Assembly (NCBI GenBank): GCA_964450605.1
Contig: CAYVEK010000001.1
Location: 8,430 to 72,429 of the forward strand
DNA: 64,000 nucleotides
Direction: 5' to 3'
From: an uncultured Candidatus Saccharibacteria bacterium
GTDB taxonomy: Bacteria; Patescibacteriota; Minisyncoccia; Phycocordibacterales; CAIZLB01
Numbering within the stretch: the stretch's first letter is position 1; each line of letters starts with the position of its first letter. A program made the position numbers and the translations under genes. The notes beneath the pieces were generated by a model that did no database searches, was not told the origin of the DNA, and worked only from the letters and a program-made list of their open reading frames with translations. Positions 29,319-39,719 of this stretch are shown piece by piece.

Positions 29319-32300
29319 TCATGTCAATCTCTTCGCATGCTCATACACCAACCCCTTTTTATCCTCACGTTCAGACACTTTTCCTTTGAGAACGATACAG
29401 GCTTCGTTTTGTATGATGGCTCGAGCATCAGCTACCTGCTTAGGGAAGACAACAACCTCTATCTCTCCAGATAAATCCTTGAGCGTAAAGAAAATAATTT
29501 TTTTCATCGGGTCTTTTTTTGTTGGAATCTCTTTGACATTTTCAACGATCCCTCCAAGTATGTATGTTTTTTCTTCTTTTCCTTCAACTTTTACTTTGGC
29601 TATGTCAGTATCACGACTTTCTAAAATCTTTCTGTATTTATCAAGCGGGTGGCCTGAGATATAAAAACCAAGCAATTCTTTTTCCCACACCAAGTATTGC
29701 TGTTTCTGCGAAAAATCAATTTCTTTTTTAGCATGAACAGTTGTTGTTTCTTTAACAGGTTCTGTTTCAGCAAATAAACTAAAAAGATCTCCTTGTGATA
29801 CATCTTTTTTTGCTTGCTCTCGGTTATAGTCTAGATAACGATCAAGATTATCGAGAAGTTCCATACGATCTCCAAAAGAATCCATAGCACCTGATTTTAT
29901 AAGTGCTTCCATAGATTTTTTATTTAAACTTCTTTCTTGTATTCGTTCGAGGAAATTTTCTATTGTAGTAAATGGCCCATTGTTTTTTCTATTTTCTATA
30001 ATCACATCAGCTATAGCTTCTCCAAAGTTTTTAATACTATATAAACCAAAACGTATAGCATCTTTTTGGACACCGTCCACTTCTTGATAATTTTTAACAA
30101 CGGTAAATGTTCCAAAACTTTCATTGATATCTGGTGGAAGTATAGCGATACTCATACGTCGACACTCTTTTATAGATATAGCTACCGCATCAGTATCTCC
30201 GGCCTCAGCACTCAATATGGCGGCCATGTACTCACTAGGGAAGTTAGCCTTTAGATATGCGGTTATATATGAGACTCGTCCGTACGACACTGAGTGCGCT
30301 TTGTTAAATCCATACGCGGCAAATGGTTCAATCCATTTCCATACATCACGTGCTTTTTGATCAGACCATCCACTATGAGACACGCATCCTTTGATAAATT
30401 TTTCTTTTTGTAAGGCCATCTCTTCAGGAATCTTTTTACCTACAGCTTTTCGAAACTTATCAACTTCACCCCAACTGTATCCCGCGATCTTGTGAGCCAT
30501 CATGAGCAAGTCATCTTGATACACAAGCACTCCATATGTTTTATACAAAATCTCCTCAAGCAGAGGATCGGCATAGGTGATAAGGGAAGGGTTATGTTTT
30601 CGCTCTATATACAACGGGATGAACTGTATGGGTCCAGGTCGATACAAGGCAACCATGGCGTTGATGTCGTGTATTGTCGTTGGTTTAAGTTCAACGAGGT
30701 ATTTTGTCATACCTTCACCGTTTAATTGAAAGAGATCTTCAGTTTCTCCGCGTGCGAGAAGTTCAAATGTTTTTTTATCATCAAGAGGTAAGTTATCGAT
30801 ATCAAGATCAATACCAAAATTTCTCTTAACCATCTGTTTACACTCGAAAATAATTTTCAAGTTTTTTAATCCCAAGAAGTCGAATTTCAAAAGACCGGCT
30901 TCCTCGATAGAGTACATGTCATACTGACTGATGATTTTATTTTCACCTTTTGTATCGTACTGAAGAGCTGTAAAATCAGTAAGCTCTGTGGGAGCTATAA
31001 CCACTCCAGCTGCGTGTACAGAGATGTGACGTGCACAACCTTCAATCTTCTGTGCCATATCTATGATAGTCTTTACATCTATATCTTTCTCGTAGAGTTC
31101 TTTAAGTTCAGGTGTTATTTCAAGTGCGTGTTCTATAGTCATCGGGAAACCTTGAGATCCCATCGGTATGAGTTTAGAGATCTGGTCTCCGAGTGAGTAT
31201 GGATATCCAAGTGCTCGCGCTACATCGCGCACACTTCCTTTAGCAGCCATCGTTCCAAATGTTCCGATCTGTGCCACTTTATCTATGCCGTATTTTCGAC
31301 GAGCATAATCCACCATGTCATCACGTCTGTTATCGGCGTAGTCCATATCGATATCCGGTGCAGAAGGTCGTTCCGGGTTCAAGAAACGTTCAAAAGGAAT
31401 CTGGAATTCAAGAGGGTCTATGTGAGTAATACCAGATAGATATGTCACCATAGATCCAGAAACAGAACCTCGAATGTTTGAGAGGATTTCGTTTTCTTTT
31501 GCAAATGCCAAAAGATCAGACACAATCAAAAAGTAAGGAGAATATCCTTTTGTTTTAATAACTTCAAGTTCGTATTCAACTCGTTGTAAAACTTCAGGTG
31601 TTTTTTCGACATTTCTTTTTTCAAATCCTGCATACACAACATCTCTCAAAGCTTCATCAGCATTTTTTCCTTCAGGAAGTTCTATTTTAGGAAATACCCA
31701 TTTACCAAGTTCTATAACCACATCGCACATATCAGCGATTTTTGTAGTATTTGCAACTGCTTGTTTGAACAGTGTGTCGAGTTCTGGATTTTGTTCATCT
31801 GAAAAAAGTTCATCAACACGAGTGGGGGAGATAAAAGAATAATCAATATCATCTTCTGTAAAACGTTCAGGAGAGTTTGTTTGTACAGACATCATTGTTG
31901 ATCGAGCCTTTTTGTCTTCAGGATCCATGTACAGCACATCGTTTGTTGCAACCGGCTGTATATTGTATTTTTGTATAAAACGTAATACCCGTGATTCGAT
32001 TTGGTTGTCGTCCACGATTTCATTATGGCGAGTTATCTCATAAAACACATTTGGAGCCCCGTATGTATTTTGTAAAAAGGTAAATTCTTTAAGTGCAGAT
32101 TCTTCATCGTCCATCTTGAGCGCATCGGTGACTTTACTATGCAAAAAGGGGACAATGCATATAAAATCGGAATTATATTTTTGTATCAGCTCTGCATCTA
32201 TTCGAGGTTTATAGTAGTAACCTTCGAGGTTTGAATCTGTAACAAGTTTTATAAGATTTAAATATCCTTGGTAGTTCTTTGCCAGCAAAATATGTCGAGT

Positions 32301-32555
32301 TCTTTTGGTATCGAGTCGACCTTCTTTATCATGACGAGTTCTGTTTGCTACATAAAAATCAACACCGATAATAGGTTTTATATTTGCTGATTTGCATTCT
32401 TTGTAAAATTCTATAGCTGCATAGAGGTTTCCGTTGTCAGTAAGCGCTAAAGCATTCATACCATAAGACACTGCTCGTTTAACCAAATCCGGTATTTTAG
32501 GAACTGCCTGCAAGAGACTATAGTGGCTGTGAACATGGAGATGAACGAAAGACAT
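29319..32555 (-). CDS. dnaE: DNA polymerase III alpha subunit
   Basis: 1078 aa; N-terminal PHP domain (MSFVHLHVHSHYSLL) and pol III alpha core. Confidence 0.95.
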   Translation of the reverse strand: MSFVHLHVHSHYSLLQAVPKIPDLVKRAVSYGMNALALTDNGNLYAAIEFYKECKSANIKPIIGVDFYVANRTRHDKEGRLDTKRTRHILLAKNYQGYLNLIKLVTDSNLEGYYYKPRIDAELIQKYNSDFICIVPFLHSKVTDALKMDDEESALKEFTFLQNTYGAPNVFYEITRHNEIVDDNQIESRVLRFIQKYNIQPVATNDVLYMDPEDKKARSTMMSVQTNSPERFTEDDIDYSFISPTRVDELFSDEQNPELDTLFKQAVANTTKIADMCDVVIELGKWVFPKIELPEGKNADEALRDVVYAGFEKRNVEKTPEVLQRVEYELEVIKTKGYSPYFLIVSDLLAFAKENEILSNIRGSVSGSMVTYLSGITHIDPLEFQIPFERFLNPERPSAPDIDMDYADNRRDDMVDYARRKYGIDKVAQIGTFGTMAAKGSVRDVARALGYPYSLGDQISKLIPMGSQGFPMTIEHALEITPELKELYEKDIDVKTIIDMAQKIEGCARHISVHAAGVVIAPTELTDFTALQYDTKGENKIISQYDMYSIEEAGLLKFDFLGLKNLKIIFECKQMVKRNFGIDLDIDNLPLDDKKTFELLARGETEDLFQLNGEGMTKYLVELKPTTIHDINAMVALYRPGPIQFIPLYIERKHNPSLITYADPLLEEILYKTYGVLVYQDDLLMMAHKIAGYSWGEVDKFRKAVGKKIPEEMALQKEKFIKGCVSHSGWSDQKARDVWKWIEPFAAYGFNKAHSVSYGRVSYITAYLKANFPSEYMAAILSAEAGDTDAVAISIKECRRMSIAILPPDINESFGTFTVVKNYQEVDGVQKDAIRFGLYSIKNFGEAIADVIIENRKNNGPFTTIENFLERIQERSLNKKSMEALIKSGAMDSFGDRMELLDNLDRYLDYNREQAKKDVSQGDLFSLFAETEPVKETTTVHAKKEIDFSQKQQYLVWEKELLGFYISGHPLDKYRKILESRDTDIAKVKVEGKEEKTYILGGIVENVKEIPTKKDPMKKIIFFTLKDLSGEIEVVVFPKQVADARAIIQNEACIVLKGKVSEREDKKGLVYEHAKRLT

Positions 32556-32637
32556 GTGGGTTTATTATAGCTGATTTTGGGGTAAGAAAAAACCCTACTT
32601 TTTGTAGGATTTTTTCGATTTCTATGGTTTATTTTTT

Positions 32638-33411
32638 CTACTTCTTACTCAAAAGCTCATCAATGATAGGTGACACAACCTCATAAGGAAGTGCTCCTAG
32701 ACTCTTACCATCACTAGATACAAGAGGTATCTGCTGATCTTTGTATAGTATCACTGTATAAGGTGTTCCTCGTGCGCCAGCCTTAGTTCCTGCATCATAC
32801 GCCTCTTTGATCTTGTCTGCGTATTTACCACTATCAAGACATGCTTGAAACTTCGCTTTATCAACTCCTTGTTTTACAGCGATATCTGTAAGCTTTGAGA
32901 GCACAAGTCCTTCTTTGTTGTGATCTATAGAAGCATACACTGCATCAAGATATGTCCAAAATGCATCTTTTCCAGCAAGTTCATTTACACACTCTGTTGC
33001 TTCAGCTGCTTTGGCAGCATTCTTGTGAAGTGGATCTTTTCCATATGAAAGAGGGAAATGTCGATATACCCAAGCAAACTTTTTGTCTTTTCCATATGCT
33101 TTATATGCCTGTTCCATAGTAACTTGGTATAACTGACAGAATGGGCACTCGATGTCTGAATATTCAACAAAAACAACATCAGCATCTTTGTCTCCTCGTA
33201 TATGATCAACTGAAGATATAGGGGCAACTTCTATCTTTTCTTGTTGTTCAAGTGCTTTGTTTACAAGAGCTGAACCGTCCTTGTTCATGTTTGGTTTATC
33301 GTAATAAAGACCGACTGCTATAAGTGCTCCAGCTATAAGTATAGATATAGGTGTAAGCCATTGAGCTTTATTCATTCTAGGTTGTGATGTTGTTTGTGTT
33401 GTATTTTCCAT
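32638..33411 (-). CDS. DsbA-like thiol-disulfide oxidoreductase, membrane-anchored
   Basis: Thioredoxin-fold CPFC active site (YSDIECPFCQ); N-terminal TM. Confidence 0.7.
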   Translation of the reverse strand: MENTTQTTSQPRMNKAQWLTPISILIAGALIAVGLYYDKPNMNKDGSALVNKALEQQEKIEVAPISSVDHIRGDKDADVVFVEYSDIECPFCQLYQVTMEQAYKAYGKDKKFAWVYRHFPLSYGKDPLHKNAAKAAEATECVNELAGKDAFWTYLDAVYASIDHNKEGLVLSKLTDIAVKQGVDKAKFQACLDSGKYADKIKEAYDAGTKAGARGTPYTVILYKDQQIPLVSSDGKSLGALPYEVVSPIIDELLSKK

Positions 33412-33453
33412 AATGTTTTTGATTATATCAAGTATGTAAAGTGTCAGCTACTT

Positions 33454-34035
33454 TTAAAAAGGCAAACTGTATGTCATACGAACATCTTGTTCTAAGGTTT
33501 TTTCCCAGTTTCTGGTGTCTAAAGGTACTGTTCTCTTGTCTTTGCCGTCCATGTAAAAGAGCTTCTGTTCTCGCATAGCATACTCATATACATCTTTTGT
33601 AACCTCGACATCTTTCATACAATAGTCGATTATCTTTTGTATCTCACCTTTTTTCCACCATGTTATAGCTTCGAGTCCATTTCCACTTTTACCCTTATCG
33701 AGAGTGGCCTGTGCAACAGAATCTAAGCCTACACGACGACCGATAACTTTTTGTATTTCTTTAAGTAGGTCGACGTGGCGAAGCTTCGTGAGGTCACCGT
33801 TGTAATATTTATTCAATACAGGAAGGTCAAAATGATCTCCGTTGTATGTAACAATCAAATCTGCCGCTTCAAGTATTGGCCAAAGAGAGGGCAGAGTTTC
33901 TATGGTAAAGCTGCTGTATTTTTTTGTATCTGATTCGTATATACACATGACCGAGAGATCAAGTGCTGTGGGATCATTTTTACCAACCTCTGCAAATGTG
34001 TTCTGCGTTTCAATATCAAGTACAACTTTTTTCAT
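33454..34035 (-). CDS. RNase H-like 3'-5' exonuclease domain protein (DEDDy-type)
   Basis: Exo motifs VLDIET (DxE), YNGDHFDLPVL, YCMKDVEVT (YxxxD). Confidence 0.55.
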   Translation of the reverse strand: MKKVVLDIETQNTFAEVGKNDPTALDLSVMCIYESDTKKYSSFTIETLPSLWPILEAADLIVTYNGDHFDLPVLNKYYNGDLTKLRHVDLLKEIQKVIGRRVGLDSVAQATLDKGKSGNGLEAITWWKKGEIQKIIDYCMKDVEVTKDVYEYAMREQKLFYMDGKDKRTVPLDTRNWEKTLEQDVRMTYSLPF

Positions 34036-34040
34036 GAAAG

Positions 34041-34442
34041 CTATTTTAACACATTTTGTTTTTCTTTAAATGTGAAAATAAAATTAGCCGAGAAACTCCA
34101 AATATATACAAGTCCTGCAGCAATGATTCGTGCCCACAATGTTGGAACGTTCCACCATTCGATCATCATATACATAAATCCCATAGTGAGGAGTACACCA
34201 ACAATAGCTATTATTAGAAATAATATATAACCAGTTTTTACATTTTGTTGTGTTCCTTTAAAAACCCAAAGATGATTTATTCCGTAGTTAATAAATGTAG
34301 CAAAAATAAATACAAGAGGCACTGCTATGAGATAGTGCATATGTGCGTATGTAATAAGTACATACAGTAAAGCAAAATCAAATACAAAAGCACTTCCACC
34401 CGCAACGCCGTATTTTAAGAATTTTTTGAAGACTGTAAGCAT
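34041..34442 (-). CDS. GtrA-family membrane protein
   Basis: 133 aa, 4 TM, LKYGVAGGSAFVFDFALLYVL typical of GtrA. Confidence 0.6.
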   Translation of the reverse strand: MLTVFKKFLKYGVAGGSAFVFDFALLYVLITYAHMHYLIAVPLVFIFATFINYGINHLWVFKGTQQNVKTGYILFLIIAIVGVLLTMGFMYMMIEWWNVPTLWARIIAAGLVYIWSFSANFIFTFKEKQNVLK

Positions 34443-34453
34443 GGTTGAGTTTA

Positions 34454-36346
34454 TTATACACCTTTCTCACTTTGATACAGTTCTTTGTACAGATCACATG
34501 TTTTGAGCAACTCATTGTGTGTTCCGTCGCCGATTATTTTACCTTGATCAAATACGAGTACGCGTGTCGCTGCGAGCGGTATGTCGGATATGTTATGGCA
34601 AACAAAGAGAACTATTTTTGATGGATCTATTTTTGAAATATTTTCAAAAATCTTTTTAGCAGATATTGCGTCGATTGCGGCGGTTGGTTCATCAAGTATA
34701 ACTATAGGTGCATTTTTGTAAAATGTTCGAGCGAGGGCTAGTTTCTGCCACTGGCCTTTTGATGGTTTTACTCCCTTAAAAGAAACACCGAGCTGTTGAG
34801 TGTATCCATCTTTCCATTTTTCTATAAACTCATCTGCTGTTGCTAGTTGAGCAGCTTCTTTTACTCGGTCCATATCAGGGTTGTCTATCTCTGATAGGGC
34901 GATATATTCGTGAGTTTTTAGACTAGACTGGGCATAGTCTTGGAATAGTGTTGAGTAGTGTTTTTGGAGTTCGAACTGTGCTGTTTCTTTTGTGTCATTT
35001 CCAAATATAGATACTGTTCCTGTTGTCGGTTGATACAAGTTTAGGAGTAACTGTATAAGTGTTGTTTTTCCGTTTCCATTTTTTCCTACAATTGCAATAC
35101 GTTCGCCTGGGTACATAGATAGATTCTCGACCTGAAGAAGAAATGGTTCTTTTTTCTTTGCATCTTTCGTGCTTTCTTGCATTTTTAATCCAAAATATTT
35201 TTCAGATATTTTATCTATTTCTTCATTAAGTTTTCGCATCTCATTAAACTTAACTTCTGGATATGTAAAAGTAACATTTTGTATTTGTATACCTTTTTCA
35301 TATTCTGATTTAAGGTCAACACCGCTCAATTTCTCTGTGTTTTCTGTCGTCTCTAAATATAAGAATAGATATTTACAAGCTATAACGTTTTCATATTGAT
35401 CTGGTAAAAACCAAGAAAGCTCTTGCAGAGTTCCTTGCAGTCTAAAAATCTGCATTGTGATAAGTGTTGTTTGTCCAATAAGCAGGGCTCCATTTATCGC
35501 TTCTTTCAAAACAAAATATTCTATAAAAAATGCTACTCCAACAGCTAATAGGTTTGCAACATAAGTTATGTTTATATATTTTCTCCAAACACTGTATTGA
35601 TCTTTTCTATTCCACTCTCTACGTTCTTTAAATATATCCAGCATTCTAAATGCTGATCCAGATACTTTTGTATCTTTTAGTGCAACATAATGCATAAAAT
35701 GGTCTCCATACACACCTGTTATTCTTTGATACATTAAATTTTTCTCCCAGTTCTTTCGCATAGCAAACTGTTGAGTAAAAGAAATAGAAAATGTAGGTAT
35801 GGCTGATAGAAGTATTATTAAACTAAAGATAGGATTAAAACTAAATATAATACCTGCTGCGAATACTGAGTTAATAAGTATTCGTATGAGAGTTGGAATA
35901 TTGGTTATAATATTCATCTGAGATTGAAAACCAGCCCCACTATATTGTATTCGCTGGTTCAAGGTATCATAGTCTTCAGAGTCTATAAAAGGTATTGTGA
36001 AAGCTGATTTCTTTTTTTGTCTTTCTACATCAACAAGTACACGCATCTTTGATTGCCAAACCCAGTTTATTCTACGACTTATCCAATCGAAAGTTTCATC
36101 AAGTATTTGCAATCCTACGATCACAAAAAATATTGGCAATATAATACTCATCGCACCAGTTCCAAAGTTCTGTTGTAATTGGTCAGCAAGTTTTGCGTTT
36201 GCAATACTCAAAACGTTGGCTATGGCAGGGAATAGCAACAAAATACCAAGTCGGCCAGCTGTGCCGAGCCTGTCAAAACGGTAGATGTATTTTAAACAAA
36301 GCCAGAGTACGCGTATGTACTCTTTGATGGTGTAAAAATATTTCAT
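34454..36346 (-). CDS. fused ABC transporter permease/ATP-binding protein (type I exporter)
   Basis: N-terminal 6-TM domain; Walker A GKNGNGKTT; signature SKGQWQ; Walker B ILDEPT. Confidence 0.8.
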   Translation of the reverse strand: MKYFYTIKEYIRVLWLCLKYIYRFDRLGTAGRLGILLLFPAIANVLSIANAKLADQLQQNFGTGAMSIILPIFFVIVGLQILDETFDWISRRINWVWQSKMRVLVDVERQKKKSAFTIPFIDSEDYDTLNQRIQYSGAGFQSQMNIITNIPTLIRILINSVFAAGIIFSFNPIFSLIILLSAIPTFSISFTQQFAMRKNWEKNLMYQRITGVYGDHFMHYVALKDTKVSGSAFRMLDIFKERREWNRKDQYSVWRKYINITYVANLLAVGVAFFIEYFVLKEAINGALLIGQTTLITMQIFRLQGTLQELSWFLPDQYENVIACKYLFLYLETTENTEKLSGVDLKSEYEKGIQIQNVTFTYPEVKFNEMRKLNEEIDKISEKYFGLKMQESTKDAKKKEPFLLQVENLSMYPGERIAIVGKNGNGKTTLIQLLLNLYQPTTGTVSIFGNDTKETAQFELQKHYSTLFQDYAQSSLKTHEYIALSEIDNPDMDRVKEAAQLATADEFIEKWKDGYTQQLGVSFKGVKPSKGQWQKLALARTFYKNAPIVILDEPTAAIDAISAKKIFENISKIDPSKIVLFVCHNISDIPLAATRVLVFDQGKIIGDGTHNELLKTCDLYKELYQSEKGV

Positions 36347-36441
36347 ATCGTATCACTGTACCTTTTTGTCAAACACCGTGTCAAGACACCCCTTGTATTT
36401 TGTCAAGGGGGTGATATAATACAAGTATAGATGTGATGGGT

Positions 36442-37737
36442 CTACAAACTCTTCACTTCAAACTTCTTATCCCGAGCTTCGTTTTCTCCAATAACAACGA
36501 TATTTTTTATACCCAGTTTTTCAGCCAGTTTTATATTGTCAGCATATTTTCGAGCGGTGTAGTTTACGGCTACGTTTTTATTTTCTGCTCGGAGTTCGTT
36601 TGCCACTTCGTCGGCGTAAGAAAGTAGGGCATCTTCTTCTTCCATCACACATACAAGAGTTGCTGTGGATGCTTCATATGCAGGAACAAGATTTCTTGAT
36701 TCGAGAAAGTTTATCATCGCCACATCTCCCATACCAAAGCCTATACCAGATATAGGTGATTCGTCGTTTGTTCCTTCAAATAGATCTACGAGATTATCAT
36801 ATCGTCCACCACCAAAGAGTGCGCGGTTATTTTCTGGATTTGTATCATATACTTCAAAAACAAGTCCTGTATAATAATCCAAACCTCGCACAACCTCTAC
36901 GTCAAAAGTTACGTTTGTTATACCAGCTTCGGCACATAGATCCATTACATCAACTATGTACTGAAAAGACTCATTTGATTCAGGAAAACTTTTTACAAGT
37001 TCGAGATCGTCGGGATTATTTAAGTTCAGTAGTTTTTTATCTGTTAGTGATGAAAATTCTTTTGCAAATTCTTCAGGTGATATTTTATTTTTCTTATCAA
37101 TCAGTTTTTGTAATTGTGTTGCTTTATCACCAGTAAGTCCGTAGTACTCTTTATAGAGCGCGTTTACAAAGAGACGAGAGTTTATCTTTATTTCATAATC
37201 TTCAGGTTTAGCCTTAAACTCTGTCATAATCTTTTCGACTGTTTTTAAAATCTCAACGTCATATCTGATATTTGGTTTTTTTGTAAGTAGGTCAACATTT
37301 AACTGCCAAAACTCTCGAAGTCGTCCTCGCTGAGGTCGTTCATATCGAAAACAGTTTGGAATAGAGAAAAGACGAAGAGGAAAGCCGAGTTCTCGTTTTT
37401 TTCCTGCAACCATACGTGCGAGTGTAGGTGTCATCTCAGGACGAAGTGTTACTTCACGTTCACCACGATCGACAAATGTGTAGGTTTGTTCATTTACAAG
37501 TTCTTGACCTGACTTAGCTTTGTATATTTCTGAATTTTCTAATACAGATGCGTCGTACTCTTCATAACCAAAAGATTGAACAGCTTTTCTCCATGTATTA
37601 AATAGGTAATGTTGAACAAAAAGATCGGCAGGGTAAAAATCTCGAACCCCTTTATAGGATTCGGTTGATAGTTTTTTTGTATTGTCTTTTTCGTTCGTCA
37701 TGTTGCTATTTATATCATAATATTGTGAAGTTGGCAC
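36442..37737 (-). CDS. hisS: histidyl-tRNA synthetase
   Basis: Class II motifs and HisRS similarity (YKGVRDFYP...); start may be an internal Met. Confidence 0.9.
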   Translation of the reverse strand: MPTSQYYDINSNMTNEKDNTKKLSTESYKGVRDFYPADLFVQHYLFNTWRKAVQSFGYEEYDASVLENSEIYKAKSGQELVNEQTYTFVDRGEREVTLRPEMTPTLARMVAGKKRELGFPLRLFSIPNCFRYERPQRGRLREFWQLNVDLLTKKPNIRYDVEILKTVEKIMTEFKAKPEDYEIKINSRLFVNALYKEYYGLTGDKATQLQKLIDKKNKISPEEFAKEFSSLTDKKLLNLNNPDDLELVKSFPESNESFQYIVDVMDLCAEAGITNVTFDVEVVRGLDYYTGLVFEVYDTNPENNRALFGGGRYDNLVDLFEGTNDESPISGIGFGMGDVAMINFLESRNLVPAYEASTATLVCVMEEEDALLSYADEVANELRAENKNVAVNYTARKYADNIKLAEKLGIKNIVVIGENEARDKKFEVKSL

Positions 37738-37770
37738 CCCGGTATTTTTTCATGTATGCTCTGTATATAT

Positions 37771-38529
37771 ATGACAAAAATTGTCCTACATATTTATAAT
37801 TTAAAAAAAACAGGGTCTTCTTTTTCTGATCTGAACATATCTCGTGCTGAAGAGGGTTATTTTTCTGCCTACAAAAACATCGGTTACACACCACTCCAAG
37901 TTCTCGAAGAGATACAGTCACAACTTCCTGAAAAGGTATCGATGACATATGTTGGACGCCTGGACCCCATGGCTGAGGGTTGGTTCGATATAGTTTTTAA
38001 TGGAGATATGGATCTCAAAGCTCGATTGATGCAAAAAGATAAAGTGTATGAGATTGAGATATTATTTGGTGTAAGTACTGATACTGGAGATGTTTTAGGG
38101 CTTGTGCGGGCGTTCGAATCAAAACATGTTGATGAAGGTGAGTTGAAAAAAGTTTTAACGAAGACTGTTGGAAAACATACATGGAAATATCCTCAATATT
38201 CTTCACCGCACATAGCTGACCCTGAGGCGGATAAGTCTAAAGACATAGAAATATATGCTATTTCTGATGCGAAGCTTGGTGACATTTCTTCGTTGGAGTT
38301 ACGAAAAAATATTTTTGATAAACTTGATTCATCTCGTATGCCAGGAGATTTTCGTCTTGAACTTATACGCGAAGAGTGGGAAGGTGTTTTTAAAGATCAT
38401 GAAGTTAATCTACAAATCTGCTCTTGTAAAGTCTCTTGTTCAACGGGAACATATATGAGAACTTTGGCTGAGGTTGTGGGTCGGGAGTTGGATGTTCCTG
38501 CGGTGGTGTTTAGTATTAAGAGGATTTAA
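37771..38529 (+). CDS. truB: tRNA pseudouridine synthase, TruB family
   Basis: Catalytic motif YVGRLDPMAEGW and TruB fold. Confidence 0.7.
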   Translation: MTKIVLHIYNLKKTGSSFSDLNISRAEEGYFSAYKNIGYTPLQVLEEIQSQLPEKVSMTYVGRLDPMAEGWFDIVFNGDMDLKARLMQKDKVYEIEILFGVSTDTGDVLGLVRAFESKHVDEGELKKVLTKTVGKHTWKYPQYSSPHIADPEADKSKDIEIYAISDAKLGDISSLELRKNIFDKLDSSRMPGDFRLELIREEWEGVFKDHEVNLQICSCKVSCSTGTYMRTLAEVVGRELDVPAVVFSIKRI

Positions 38530-38579
38530 TCTTTTCTTCAACATTTCTTTACCACTCCTTTTGATTTTCTCTAATACTC

Positions 38580-39719
38580 ATGTGTTTTACTTGTTGTGTG
38601 AATCCACAAGTAATACAAGACGTACATACATTTTTAGAAAGTTTGTTCGAACAAGCTGTGTCTTTAGGTGCGTCTGATATACATATAGATCCACATGAGC
38701 AAACTGTTCATATACGTATGCGTGTTTCAGGAATGTTGCATGAACATAAAACTATTTCAAAAAATAGATTTGATATATGTATAGGAAAGATAAAAGTTTT
38801 GTCTTCACTTCGATCGGATGTGCACGACAGAACTCAGGACGGAAGATTTTATTTTACTGCCAAGTCAGGAGAACGTATTGATATGCGAGTGTCTATTGCT
38901 CCAACTTTTTTTGGAGAAAATTGCGTATTGAGGCTTTTGCGCTCTCATAATAGAAAAAGAAAAAGCTTTTTTGAGTTGGGTATGACAGAGGTTCAGACGT
39001 ATCACTTAAAACAGGCTTTATCAAAAAGTTCAGGACTTGTCATAGTTGCTGGTCCTACGGGGTCTGGTAAGACGAGTACGTTGTATTCTGTGTTGCAGTA
39101 TTTATCGACCGGCATAGATGACGACATAGCCAACCTGGAAGAACATATGGTGACTGATAAAAACATAGTCACAATAGAAGATCCTGTAGAGTCAGTTGTT
39201 TCTAAGACCAGACAGATACAAGTTTCTCCTGATACAGGCTTTGGTTTTAAAGAAGCGTTAAAAGGTATATTAAGACAGGACCCTGATGTTGTTATGATAG
39301 GTGAGATACGAGACAAAGACACAGCACTTGCAGCTATACAAACAGCACTAACAGGCCATCTTGTTTTAACAACTATACATGCTCCAAATGCTTCATCGAT
39401 TATTCCAAGACTTATAGATATGGGTATAGAACCATACCTCATCTCGTCATCTGTGTCACTTATATTGAGTCAACGTTTAGTTAGAGTTTTTGATTATAAT
39501 CTTGGTTTGTATGGAGATCGGGTTGGAGTGTTTGAGATAGTTCCAGTTGATGTCTCTATGAGAGAGCTTATTCATCAAAGAAAAACACCATATGAGATCG
39601 AAAAACATATCTCTGATTCAGGTCATGTTCTTTTACGTGATGCTTGTAGAGATATATATTCCAGACACGTAACAACTGAAGAAGAGATTAACAGGATTAA
39701 CTTAGATATTTTTTTATGA
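38580..39719 (+). CDS. type II secretion / type IV pilus assembly ATPase (GspE/PilB/ComGA-like)
   Basis: Walker A VAGPTGSGKTST and GspE N-terminus (ASDIHIDPHEQTVHIRMRVSGML). Confidence 0.75.
   Translation: MCFTCCVNPQVIQDVHTFLESLFEQAVSLGASDIHIDPHEQTVHIRMRVSGMLHEHKTISKNRFDICIGKIKVLSSLRSDVHDRTQDGRFYFTAKSGERIDMRVSIAPTFFGENCVLRLLRSHNRKRKSFFELGMTEVQTYHLKQALSKSSGLVIVAGPTGSGKTSTLYSVLQYLSTGIDDDIANLEEHMVTDKNIVTIEDPVESVVSKTRQIQVSPDTGFGFKEALKGILRQDPDVVMIGEIRDKDTALAAIQTALTGHLVLTTIHAPNASSIIPRLIDMGIEPYLISSSVSLILSQRLVRVFDYNLGLYGDRVGVFEIVPVDVSMRELIHQRKTPYEIEKHISDSGHVLLRDACRDIYSRHVTTEEEINRINLDIFL

Noticed and set aside
28784-29664. ORFs 28784..29080 - (98 aa), 28982..29389 + (135 aa), 28993..29178 - and 29278..29664 + in the tgt/dnaE spacer and dnaE 3' end
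   Set aside because: They read through two or three strong intrinsic terminators and a promoter, or lie antisense to dnaE. The region is better explained by non-coding RNAs and terminators.
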